A program made the translations under genes and the position numbers. 64,000 bases of DNA. Origin: Marsupella aquatica. Its lineage: Eukaryota; Plantae; Marchantiophyta. Below the pieces are notes generated by a model. It ran no database searches, had not been told where the DNA came from, and worked only from the letters and a program-made list of their open reading frames with translations. Every line of letters starts with the position of its first letter. The stretch's first letter is position 1. The DNA lies in assembly GCA_973895155.1 (NCBI GenBank), contig OZ316895.1, positions 20,226,803 through 20,290,802 of the forward strand. The letters are read 5' to 3'. This document shows, in pieces, positions 1 through 11,847 of the stretch.

Positions 1-439
1 CCAACAAGTCAAAGAAGTTCGACCCAAATCCGAGCAAATTCAGGAGCCCTCGGGCAGAGCGCTGGAGCAGTCGCAAGTTTCAGAATGGAACAAGGAAAGT
101 CCACAGCAAGGGACTGAAGCAGCTCTAGTCGTTGGAAATACTTCGCGCCAGTGATTGAATCTACTCAAAAATCAGTCACATTTGAAGCAGAGAAAAACAA
201 TACTAAAGTTTAGGAAGAACCTGAGAAACAGAAGTTGAGCAAGGACCATTTGCCAAAGTATGGTGACCAAGAACTGGAACTAGCAGTGGACATCCAGAAG
301 AGCATTGATCCTGAGTGGCATGGAGGGTTGAGACTCGCTCAGCTGGAAGAGAGTCTGCATCCGACCTTGAGAAACCTAATGGATGTGGTCAAGAAGGAGC
401 ATTTCAAGAAAGTTCAGTTGAGTAATTCCAAGGAGTTCT

Positions 440-2830
440 ATATATTGGGAATGCTTTTGAACTAGACCAAGAGCAAGTAATCCAAGAGCTCTTGGGTGAG
501 TATAAGGATATTTTTGCTTGGAACCATATGGATATCACCGGTATAGATAAGGAGCTGGGAGAGTTACGGATTGATCATTACGGAGTGGGGAGTCTTTGCA
601 TTTTTGCAAATGCCGTTCGGACTATGCAATGCACCAGGGACATTTCAGAGAATTATCATGACCATCTTTCATGATTTTCTTTGGAAGTTCTTAGAGGTAT
701 TCATTGACGATTTTGCAGTCTATGGTAGGAAGGATAACCATTTGGAACATTTGTGGCTCACTTTTCAGAGATGCAGGGAGGTCGGTCTCAAGCTACACCC
801 TGGCAAGTGCATCTTTGGAGTACACGAGGGTACCCTGCTTGGCCACAGAGTTTCAAAAGGAGGAATTGAGGTAGACCCTGAGAAAGTCAGTGTTTGGCAG
901 GCAGTGAAGTTTCCAACTAATACCACTGAAGTGAAGGGTTTTCTTGGATGTCTTAACTACTACCGCAGATTCATAAAGGACTTTGCACAGATTGCACTAT
1001 CGATCACTTCAATGTTGAGGGCAGGAGCTGATTTTGAGCCAACAGTGGAGAGGCTTGAAAGTTTCAATCTATCAAAGAAGAAGCTTTTGGAGACCCCAGT
1101 GCTGAAGGCACCTGATTGGAGCAAGGAGTTTCATGTATTTGTCGATATATCAGGATTCTGTATTGGAGTAGTATTGAGTCAACTAGATGAACAAACAAGA
1201 GATCATCCAATATATTTTGCTAGTAGACTACTCATGGCCGCAGAGGAGAATTACTCGGCTACTGATAGAGAAGCTCTAGGAATCATTTACGCATGTAAGA
1301 AATTCACACACTATCTACTAGGCTACAAGGTAATCTTCCACACAGACCACAATGCATTGAAGTACATGGTAAACAAGCCTAATTTGACCGGCAGGATAGC
1401 AAGATGGGTCTTGTTGTTGCAAGAATTTAACTATGAAGTCCGAGTCAGAGCAGGGAAGAAGCATTAAAATGCTGATTTCTTTTCCTGCATTGATGGACAG
1501 CCCATAGAAGAGTTACTGATAACAGATCAGTTTCCTGATGAAGCTTTACTGTACCACATTTCAGTTTCGGAGAGAACCTGGTATCCTGATATGTTTAGTT
1601 ACCTGACAACCGGTACGGTGTCTAAGAGTTTGAATGTAGAAGAAGCTGCTGTATTTTTGCGGAAAGCAGCACCATACATGCTGCTCAATAATGTTCTTCA
1701 CAAGCAAGGAGTTGACAGCACCATTTGTCAATGCTTGGAGGAGAACCAGATCCATGTGGTGATGAGAGCACTTCATGAGGAGGAAGCAGGCGGGCACTAT
1801 GCTACCGTCGTGACGTCAAGGAAGATCTTGGATGCAGGGTACTGGTGGCTGACACTGCACCGTGATGTGGCCACGTTCATTCAAGGCTATGATGCGTGCC
1901 AGCGAGTGGGCAAACCCAAGATGTCTCAACATCACCCATTGAATCCAATTTTGCCACTAGACCATTTGAAAAGTGGGGAATTGATTTCATGGGACCCATC
2001 ACACCTGTGACTCAAAGGAGAAGGTGCAGGTACATCATTTTGGCCACGAACTATGCTACCAGGTGGGTCGAGGCTCTACCGACTATGAAGAATGATGCCG
2101 CAACTACAGCAAAATTTCTGTATGAACAGATCTTTACTCGATTTGGACCACCGCTGGAACTGGTCAGTTACCGAGGAACCCATTTTTTGAATGAGGTAAT
2201 TGAGGAGATGACTGCCAATTATTTAGTGAAGCACCGGAAGACTACACCGTATCATCCGAAGGCCAACGGTCTGACTGAGCGAGCGAATGGTATCATTGGA
2301 AGGATCCTTAACACCACTGTAGCCAATCACAAGAGTGATTGGGACTACAAGCTATATTCTGCAGTGTATTCGTACAACCTTGCCTTCAAGACTACAACAA
2401 GCAAGACCCCGTATTATCTTGTTTTTGGCCAGAATGCAGTTGTACCAGTGGAGTTTGCAATACCAACACGGAGAACTCTGTCTGGGGAAAAAATGCCAGA
2501 AGGGAGCAGCCAACACGAGCGAGCCTATTAGTTGGAGCTACTGGAAGAGACTTGAGAAGAAGCAGCAGAGACACTGGCGAAGCAGTAGGACTGCAACAAG
2601 AAGTACCATGATAAGAAGGTGAGGCCTATGAACATTATCAACGGTGACCTGGTGCTACTGTATGACAGCAGAGTAAAGCATTTTCCAGGGAAACTCCATA
2701 CTCGTTGGTTGGGACCTTATATGGTCAAGCAGATTTTTGACAACGGATTAGTAGAAGTGGCCACAATTACAGGGGACGTGTACCTGGTCCGAGTACACTA
2801 TGATTGACTAAAAAAGTATTTCATGCAAGC
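440..2830 (+). pseudogene. Degenerate Ty3/gypsy pol (RT-RNaseH-integrase) with stops, frameshifts and an internal RT deletion near 570
   Basis: ORF 571-1467 has MPFGLCNAP, FIDD and RNaseH (VDISG, DHNAL). ORF 1591-2010 has an H2C2 zinc finger (HEEEAGGH...CQR). ORF 1896-2531 has an rve core (WGIDFMGP, YHPKANGLTER). ORF 2619-2807 has the GPY/F motif (WLGPY). RT-RH-INT order indicates gypsy. Confidence 0.95.
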
Positions 2831-2929
2831 AGGTAGACTGATTGTTTGCACGGATGGGACTCTATGTCAAACACTTGTCAAGGAGCTTAAGGGACTTTTC
2901 TCCTAAAAAACTATCTACTACCTGCTCCA

Positions 2930-4793
2930 TGTCATACCAGGGTCACAAAAGATTGACAAAACTTCTGAAATGTGCTTACAATGTCTAATCACTTCATACA
3001 TAAGTAGTTTCAACTCTCCACTTCTAGAGAAGTAGTCCCCTTGACTACTTTTCCCCTTGACTACTTGCACTCACACCCTTCCCCTCTCCTCTACTCCAAG
3101 AATCAGCAAGGGGGATCTCCACTCCAAGCTGTCACCTTAGAGTAGATTCTCACACAAACACCCAAGAACCCAAAGTACTTTCCTCTTCAAGCTTAAGTCT
3201 CCTCAAGACCCTCGAAGTAGTGTTACTCCTCAACCTTGCCCCCCTAGCTGGTTTGGGTACACACATCCCCTTTGAGCTCTAGATAAGGCTCCTCTATCTA
3301 AGGACTCTTCCTCTTGTTCTTACTTCTTGTTAGCACCACACACCAAGCAAAGTACTTTCCACCCTCAAGCTATAATCTTTTCTAAGTCTCAAAGTAGTGC
3401 TCTACCTTAACCTTGCCTCCTTGGCCTTGGTTTTGAACTAGCACATCCCCTTTGAGCTTAGACCAAGATTACACCATAACATGGACTCACCATAGCATGG
3501 ACTCTTCTCTTGCTCTCATACACTTCAAATGCACTCACACTTAATGGTCACAATGAAGATTGACAAGTCTCCTTTTATTGTATCACCTTTACAAAAAATG
3601 TTCACTACAAATTCTCCACACTAAGCATGGACCACCTCTCCCTTGTCAAGCTTAGCCCTACCTTGGCAAGGTAGAGATTCCACTTAAGAGATGAGACTCC
3701 CGGCCCTAACAAATGAAAACTTTTTCCTTATATACTATTCTCCTTCCATACCACACCAAGCTTGACCTGGGGTCCAACTACTCCTTCCCCAAGTTCTCCT
3801 AACACACAAAGTCCAACTGTCTAGTTCGTAGCCCACCCTACAACCTATTATTTGGACTCCTTCCAAGCCCTGGAATATGCCACAAATGAGTTGCATGATT
3901 TGATCTCCAAACCTGCTTCCACTTATGGTCCTCCTCACCAGCTTCCCAACCCACTTGAAATCTCGCAAAAAGAGTGAGTGAGTCTCAAGTTATGCTTAGT
4001 CAAAGTTGGCCTTATTTTACTTGTAACCCCTTTACTACCCTAAGTAAACTACCCCCTATATTTACTTTTCTTAACTTGATGGTCTTACACCTTTTACCAA
4101 AGGTAAGTACCCTTCCCTAGAGCCTAACTAAAGTGGTATGGATGCAATAAAGGTCAGCCCCTAAATTTGGTATTCATTCTCCTATGCCAACTTTGGTTTG
4201 CAAGCTATCGGGACCCCCTCATGGCCTCAGCTAAAAATATATTTGAGTGATTCTTTTTTTGGGTTTTCATCTTCACCAAGGGGTGCCTTACCTTCCCCTT
4301 ACTCAACACAAAAAAATTGGGCCCCAACGGATACCCCTACATTTCCCCATTAGCTATTTTTCCTGGGACCCATTATTTTGTTAATTTAAGTCCCACAAAA
4401 ACACAAGGAAACCCTAGGTTGAGACCCCCACTTGACATCTAACTTTTTAGGGGTTCTCTAGGGACCTCCTAGCATCTATGGGAAAAATCTGAACCAAAAC
4501 TAAGACTTCAAGTGTCGGGTTGTTTCTCCGGCTCGGAATAGTCGCCTATTTTAAATAAGGACACAACATTGTATGCCCCATCATAAAGACCTTTCTTATC
4601 CCTTGTCACTTGCTTAAAACTCAGTAACCTTCCATTCCACTATCTTTCCTATTCTACTTACTTAAGTTCCTAAAACCTAGTTACTCCAATAGCACTTAAA
4701 ACGTCTTTCTTACTGTTCCTTGTTCAAAAAGCAAAAAAATGACAAGTTTCTTACATAAACCTATATTGAGCCATTCCACACAGCCATTCCACA
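2930..4793. mobile_element. LTR-like sequence, family A (TGTCATACC...CCATTCCACA), with a diverged ~175-bp internal tandem duplication
   Basis: TG...CA termini and no coding potential. Inverted homology to 7250-8597 ends exactly at CCATTCCACA/TGTGGAATGG. The terminal 13 bp are duplicated (4781-4793). No TSD found. Confidence 0.6.
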
Positions 4794-4819
4794 TAGCTGC
4801 ACACTTGAGAGGAGATCTA

Positions 4820-6375
4820 TGTCGGATGCCGAATTAGGTAGTAGTGTTTAACTAGAGTTAAAATTAGAGTAACTACAGTTAGAAATAACCATAGTTAGAG
4901 GTAGAGTAAGGTTAAGCGGAGGAAGCGGATGCATAGTAAATGGTAGAAGGTCGAGACAACTTAGCATGGAGTGTCAAGCTGACTTAGGTGCGATTAAGTT
5001 AGGTTAACATTTATTAGGTTAGCATTAGTAGTTGTAGTACTTTGCATCTACCTCAATTCCTGGAATCTACCTCAATTCCTTATCTCCTCATGAAAAAATG
5101 GAGGAACACAGGATTGCCTAAAGGTAAGGCATGAGGAGATAAGGAATTGAATCTCGTTGGCAAGGGAAAACTCTGTGGTGCTGGAAGGAGCTCTTGAGAT
5201 AAGGAAATCTCATTACTCGACAATCTTGTTGTGGCAATAGAGATTAGCCGGCATTTCAATTTTGTGTTGTTGAGTTGAACCGCTGCTGCTATTGAGTTTG
5301 ATGCTGGTTGAGAACAATTGCTGCTGCTTCAAGCTTGTTGCTGAGAGCTTGCAGTTGCCGGGAGTAGTGCTATTGCATAAGGAGAGCTGTTATTCAATTA
5401 GAGCTCCATTGCAGGGAGAGCTTCGTGCTATGGAAGATGGAGCAATGCTGATGGGAGGAGTATTGCCACACAGTTGGCTTCTATTCAATTAGAGCTTGCT
5501 ACTTAGAGCTTGCTATTGGTAGGCTATGGAGAAAGCTCACTACATTAGTTGCTGATCGATCCTTGAGATTGATGCTGCTACCCTAAAACTCGTGGCTGCC
5601 TGAAGTAGCTACAGCAAAATCAAAAGCTTGAAAGTGTGGAGCTGGCTGGTGACTGGGTAGAGCAGCTTTGTGCTACTGAGCTATGAAGATTGAAGGTAGC
5701 TCACGAGACTGGGAAGCTATGGTGAGAGCTGCATGCTGCTAAAAGACTGAGCTATGGAGGAAGGCTGCTGTTGAAGAAGAAAAAAAAGGAGAGCAAAGAA
5801 GAAAATGGAGAAGCAGCATTGCGAGGCTTTGCGCTGTGGCAAGTTGCTTTGTGCTGCCTCGCGCAGCATAGTGTAGCATAGCGCAGTAGCTTGGTGCTAC
5901 AAAATGTTGATGGCGAGGGAGGAGTCGGGGATCGGTCTTGAACTTGCAACCTGTGTCTTGCTAAGGAATTTGAATGGGCTACCAAGGGAGTTGTCCAAGC
6001 TCTTTGTTTAAAGAGTCCACACCAACTCTAATTGAACTTGGTACAGCATCCGTTTCTAGGCTTTGGGAGGACTTTGAGGCCAGTTCAAAGTCGGGTGAGG
6101 GACCAACGAGGCTAGGGGAGAACCCCACAAGGTAGACCCAACTCCCGGGATTGAATTGGTTTTGAATTCAAATAGAATATGAGAAGTTTTTTTATATGCC
6201 CTTAAAGTGGCCGCTGTGTTAAGTAGTGGGGCTATTATGAAACCCAACACTTAGGGGATACAAATAAAATAACTAGCCAGGATTTTAGTGTTGCTGGTTA
6301 GATAGTTAGGCGTTAGTATTGCGGTATACCAGCAACTTGAGATACTTATGTTTTACTGGTTATCACCCATTCACG
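4820..6375. mobile_element. Truncated, internally deleted copy of LTR family B (same family as 29084-32206)
   Basis: Starts TGTCGGATGCCGAATTAGG and is near-identical to 29084-31004. It lacks ~29310-29733 and is cut off at 6375. Confidence 0.9.
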
Positions 6376-6908
6376 CTAGCAGCATCTAAAAAAACAGCAG
6401 GTCCTAACCAGGACCGAACTTGGTGCATACTAGCCACCATCTATGATCTAGTATCACCCAACAAGGGAACATTCTCCAGAATATAGGCGGGAGAGACATG
6501 CTGTTGCTCCTGTAAAAACCTCATCACACGCAGCATCTCCCAAAACATGTGAGAACGATGGTCTTTGAGACAAGATCCTATCCTAGCAGAGGAATGGCCC
6601 TGGCATGGCCAATCAGCAATCACGAGGTGAATCTCACTGACGAGTACTAAATCCGGCGCCCCCAAAAGTGAGATGTTTGTTGGCAAAGTGTGCTGATAAC
6701 CTCTGATAGCTGACAGGGGTAACAAATCAGGGAACTGCTGATGCAACTGAGCAACATGATGCAGTGAGACACGTCGGGCTGTGTCATCATGCTCCACATA
6801 GAGATATTGTTGCACTCTAATGCCAGCATGTAAGATAGCAGCTAGACTAGTGCTCATGCCACCAAATAGTTCCAACGAGCGAATATCCTCGATCCACAAA
6901 ATGGGAGT
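6373..6908 (-). pseudogene. Fragment of a C5 cytosine DNA methyltransferase (motifs I-VI), second copy of the retroelement-borne DNMT
   Basis: ORF 6441-6899 contains LELFGGM (motif I), YVE (II), WPCQG (IV) and LENV (VI). Colinear with and highly similar to 32561-33105. Confidence 0.9.
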
Positions 6909-7249
6909 TCCTTAGCCACTCCGTTTGATTGACCACCCGCTGCTGCAAGTTCTCCACCTTCCACACGGTGTCCTCTAACTCCTCCCGAGTCTCATCCAAC
7001 TCCCCTTGGGCAGCCTCCAATTCCTTTTCCAAAGCCGTCTTCTCCTCTTGGGCTTCCTTCAGCTCCTTGTTGAGCTTGATGACGACATCATACTCCATCT
7101 TATACATCTTTTTGTATTGTTTATCGAGCATGTTGTCCTTTCAATGCAAGTCGGCTTGAAAATTGGCTGACAGGGTTGCAAGCTCCTCCTTCAGCAGAGC
7201 AATGGCCTTGTGGGTTTTGTCATAGTCGGCACACTTCTGTTGATAGTCC
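6909..7249 (-). pseudogene. Coiled-coil ORF fragment, probably a retroelement accessory ORF, truncated on both sides
   Basis: ORF 6847-7131 is heptad-rich (LKEAQEEKTALEKELEAAQGELDETREEL). It abuts the DNMT fragment and the LTR terminus at 7250. Confidence 0.4.
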
Positions 7250-8597
7250 TGTGGAATGGTTCAATAGTGCCTTAAGTGAAAGTATAACTCATTTTTTTGT
7301 TCTAGACAAGGAAGAGTAAGAAATACATTTTAGTGATAGCAAAGTATTTAGGGTTTTCAACTCTAAGTAACTAAGGAAGGCTAGTAGGAAATAATGTAAG
7401 GGAGAAGATATATTGTTCTAAGAAAGTGTCAAGGGATTAGTAAGGTCTTTATGGTAGGGCAGCAAATGTTCCGTCCTTAGTTACAATAGGTGACTAAGTT
7501 GGGTTGGAAAATGACCCGCCACTTGAAGTCTTAGTTTTGGTTAAAGATTTTTCCCATAGGTGCTAGGAGGTACTTAGAGCACTCTTGTGAAGTATGACGT
7601 CAAGTGAGGTCTCAACCTATGATTCCTTGTGTTTTGGTGAGACTTAAATTAACAAAATAGCGGGTCTCGGGAAAAATAGCTAATGGGTAAAATTTTTGGT
7701 CTAGGTCAAAATATAAGTTGACTAGTGTCCCCTCTATTCCTGGAAATTTGTGAAGGAATTTGGTTACTTTTTAGGAAGCGTGCAAAGTTAAGGAGAATTT
7801 TGCAAAACATAATAATTAACCCTTTTCACCTAATTTTAGAAAAGTGGTTATAAGTGTGTTTTTGTAGATATTAGTAAACCAGGATACACTCCTATGTCCA
7901 AGGATTCTAGGGATATACTCAGATGTCCTTTTGGCCTTATAGGTGAATTTTGGCAAGGGGTACAATATGGGTCGGTGAATTATATTCTTTTCAAAATAAA
8001 AAAATTCGACTAAGTGTAAAATGTGTCGACAAGGCTACCACGAGGCAAGAATGAGTCAAGCACAAGGGCGGTTGCAAGATGATTGAATAGACCAGGAAAT
8101 CACAAGGTGAAGGAGCTTGAGTGGGAGGAGGTTTGGAGGTCAAAGCATGCAACTCATGTGTGACATATTCCAGGGCTTGGAAGGAGTCAAAACAACAAGT
8201 TGTAGAGTGGGGTATGAACTATAGATTTGGACTATGTGTGTTAGGAGAACTTTGGTGATTGGACTTTGTGAGTTAGGAGGACTTGGGGGAGGTTTTGTTG
8301 ACCCCAGATTGAGCTTGGTAGGAGTTTAGTATAAGAAGTAAAGATTTCCCTTTGTGAATAAGAGGAGTCTTCCAATCTTCATTGTGACCATTAAGTGAGT
8401 GAATTTGAAGTGTAGGAGAGCAAAAGAAGAATCCATGATAGGGTGCAATCTTGGTCTAATCTTGAAGGGGATGTGCTAGTTCACAACCAAGGCCATGAAG
8501 ACAAACTACTTTGGACTTAGAGATGGTTGTAGCTTGAGGGTGGAAAGTACCTTCCCTGGTGTGTGGCGTTGAGAAGAAGTAAGAACAAGAGGAAGAA
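7250..8597. mobile_element. Diverged partial LTR family A copy, inverted relative to 2930-4793
   Basis: Begins TGTGGAATGG. 7520-7660 is the reverse complement of ~4380-4520, and 8370-8595 of ~3310-3570. Confidence 0.7.
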
Positions 8598-8808
8598 TAT
8601 GATCTGCGGGTTTCAACTTGGCCTAGATTTTTTGGCCATTGGTCTTATAAAAATCCCCCAAACTTAAAAAAAATAATCATTTTCCAACCCCATTTCCAAC
8701 AGAGATTTTAAGTAAGGAATACACAAACTTTTGTATAAAACTGGCTATTTGGTGAAAGATATATGAGACCAACATGAGAGTGACTCTAACTTGTGAGAGG
8801 ACGAGTAT

Positions 8809-9866
8809 TGAAGCATCCTGGCACACAAAGAGTTAATGGTTCTGCTGTGGGAGTACACTCTGGGGCTTGATGTAATGAATAGACATGGCAAATTTTATTT
8901 CGATGACAGCAACAATTTTTTTGTAATATGTCATCGACAATCGAATTCAATATGTAGAGCCCAGGACTTTGACATAGTATTCTATGTGGGATATTGTGTG
9001 GTCATTGTAACACTCTCGATCTGGGTCAGAGGAGTTACACTAGATGAGTTTTCTTTGAGTAGTTACGAGCCTGAATGCCTATTCTTTGAATATTAATAGA
9101 GATAGGACAAAAAAAGCCTTGCAAAAGAATCTATGTCGTTCCCCTTCATCTTTGCCCCATTTGTGTTTTTGATATGCATTTCACTTTCAGTTTTGTCATT
9201 ATTAGTTTTGTCCGATCCCTCTTTTTGGTATGCACTTCACTTTCAATTTTGTCATCATTAGTTTTGTCTTGTAGAGTTATAGCCTATAGGCTTCACTCTA
9301 GAAGTCTAGACGTCAACTCTAGTTTCTGTTCACGCTCTATAAATTAGATGTGGAGTAGCCAGGGCATAGCATAGCTGACCTTAATGAAACTAATATTTTT
9401 GCACACTTTTGAAGGGTTTGCAATTTTTGAGAGTAAAGTAAACTCTTGAACACAAAAGAAACACATGTGGAACTAGTACACGAGTTTACACATAAATTTG
9501 CAGTGACTCTGAAATCTGTATACCTGGTTAATACTGTGGTCCGGTACACCAGGAAATCTCCTAGCCTGGCAGGCTGCCCCCGCTGTGCCCAGGGATCCCC
9601 CAGCACTGACTTCTAGCAATATCTCAGGGTAGTCTTCAAATTCAGTGGGTGCTCCGACAGGGAATGCTCAGTTACCTTGCCTAAAAGGGGCATTTTTAAT
9701 CCTTGCTGGAAAGCATTTTGTAGATATTTTATAGGGGTAGTGAAGCATCCTGGCACACAAAGAGTTCATGGTTCTGCTGTGGGAGTACACTCTGGGGCTT
9801 GATCTAATGAATACACATGGCAAATTCTATTTTGATGACAGCAACAACTTTTTTGTAATATGCCAT
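8809..9866 (+). repeat. ~125-bp direct repeat pair (8809-8934 and 9741-9866)
   Basis: TGAAGCATCCTGGCACACAAAGAGTT...TTTTGTAATATG occurs twice with few mismatches. Confidence 0.9.
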
Positions 9867-10350
9867 AGACCTTGGCTAAATGCAGCATTAAATTATTAGT
9901 TTCAGGAAATTTAAATAGCTTTTTAACTCTAAAGTTGGTTTACCATGTAGGACCCTTACAACACTATGACCCAGCTGACCTCCATGATAAAAAAGTCTAT
10001 GGTTGGTTCTCACATTGTAGCTGATGGGGATTTTGTCCATTTAGGCTAGCCTTGTTTTGACCCAAATTTCTTCAATGGTACCTGCAGGAAATTTAGTCAA
10101 TACCCGTGGCTTGGAGCTTTAGTTTCCTTAATATAAGATGAGGAACTTCTACAGTAACACAAACCATGCAGGACAGTATAATGTTTTTGGTCAGTCATAT
10201 CCTTGAGCTTTGGAAGCCAACCAGCCTCTGCATGCTTCCACTTTAGGTTGTGCACACAAGTTTTTCCTGCCAAGTAACCAGCTCATTAGCCCGGGTGGCT
10301 ACTCGAAGGGGATCAACAAGTTGGTCACAAGTTATTTGCTAGACAGGTGA

Positions 10351-10790
10351 GGGTACCACCTCACATATGCTTCTGGAGAGCTACTGCCCCCAAGGGTACC
10401 TCCTCACATATGATTCTGGAGATCTAGTGCCCCCCCAACTTTGGTGTGGTTATCTTACCCCAACAAGGTCTCTTTGCGCTGTCCTCTATCATGCTCATAG
10501 GCATCGGGGCACTGACCCTAATAAAATCTCATCATCCTCAAACAGAGTTTAGGGCCGCCCCCTGCGACCAAATCTCAGGCACTGTTGCAGCAAGAGTCCC
10601 TGCGTGGCAGTTTTCAGGCCCAGCCATGGCTTACGCTACCCACTACTACCTCAGCCACGAGGATGAGTCCAGCCACTGTGGCTAAGTCTTTCCCAACTTC
10701 ACTTGCCCATAACCTGAAATCCTAACATCCATTGGAGATGTATCTTAGGGGGTTCCGATTGGAGATGTATCTTAGGGGGTTCAGATTGGG
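10351..10790. repeat. Two short tandem duplications (~43 bp x2 at 10351-10438; 28 bp x2 at ~10731-10789)
   Basis: GGGTACCACCTCACATATGCTTCTGGAGA.. and ATTGGAGATGTATCTTAGGGGGTTC.. are each repeated directly. Confidence 0.8.
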
Positions 10791-11847
10791 CTCATCTTTA
10801 AGTTATGGGGTCTGACTCCTTATCAACTTCCCAAGATGGTGCTTCCATGCCTTGGATTTCCTTGGCTAGAGAGTAATCACGAGAAGGTCCTTTGCACCTT
10901 ATAAGTAAGATTTCACTATGATTGTTGTTTGGGTGAACCTATTGAATTGGAGGTATATGCTTGATGGGACCCTAGCCTTCCAGTCATGATTCTAATTTTG
11001 CAAACCTCCAAGAACTAAAGTAAAATGCTACACAAACCCACTATCATGTAGACATAGATTCTCTAAGACTTTATAATCATCTGAAAACACAATACATTTA
11101 TGTCTTCAAACACATGTTCAAACACACATGTACATGCCTTGGACTATAACTGGCCACCAACAAAGTGCAATGGGAGCATACAATTAGGCACCATACAAGA
11201 ATATGTGCATTACCTACACAGAGAGCTTGGTTTGTATCAAATTTCTGTGGGGGCATCGTTTGTAACAAAGTTTGTAGGGACTCATCACATATATTTGTTT
11301 AGGGTCCCATCAAGCATATACCTCATTGAATTGTGGCCCACCAGCTCCATTTCCTTGTGATTATAATTCAAGTGATCCTCCAGAATCTCCTGAATCTCAA
11401 CACCCCACCATGGTCAAAATGCTTCCCAACAAAAAAGTATGTTCATCCAAGGCAAAATTAGTCTCTGACCTTAGTTCCCACCCTCTGTACATATTGTGAT
11501 TCGACTGGGCACCCATGCATACCAGAAAGGAAACTGGTGCATGAAACCATGGAAGCTTCCACTTCTTAATTTTCACGTGTACATGTCTCACTTTCCATGT
11601 GCACGCGTATAGAGAACCTACGTAATAATGTATACGAAAAACACTCTAGGAATCCCAAATCGGGAGCAAAATACAGACGAAAATGTTATCGTTGGAAGCT
11701 CTCGAGGCAAGAACGCCGCTTCCTACATCCTGTTCAACCTCACCTAAGCCAATAGGAGGGAACCTTGACAACTTCTCAGCTTATAACAATTGAACAGCCT
11801 CCATCAAAGCAATGGCTCCTTCCCGGTTGGCTCCAGCGGTTGACTTT

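Noticed and set aside
2915-2929. Possible primer-binding site (TGGAGCAGG on the minus strand) next to LTR family A
   Set aside because: Could not be matched to a specific tRNA 3' end, and the adjacent sequence belongs to an oppositely oriented pol.
5292-6250. Short ORFs repeated at 29936-30607
   Set aside because: They recur only because they lie in two copies of the same LTR, and show no domain signal.
11397-11591. Possible decayed CACTA transposase C-terminus (TNFALDEHTFLLG)
   Set aside because: Resemblance is limited to a few residues, with no supporting flanking motifs or TIRs.
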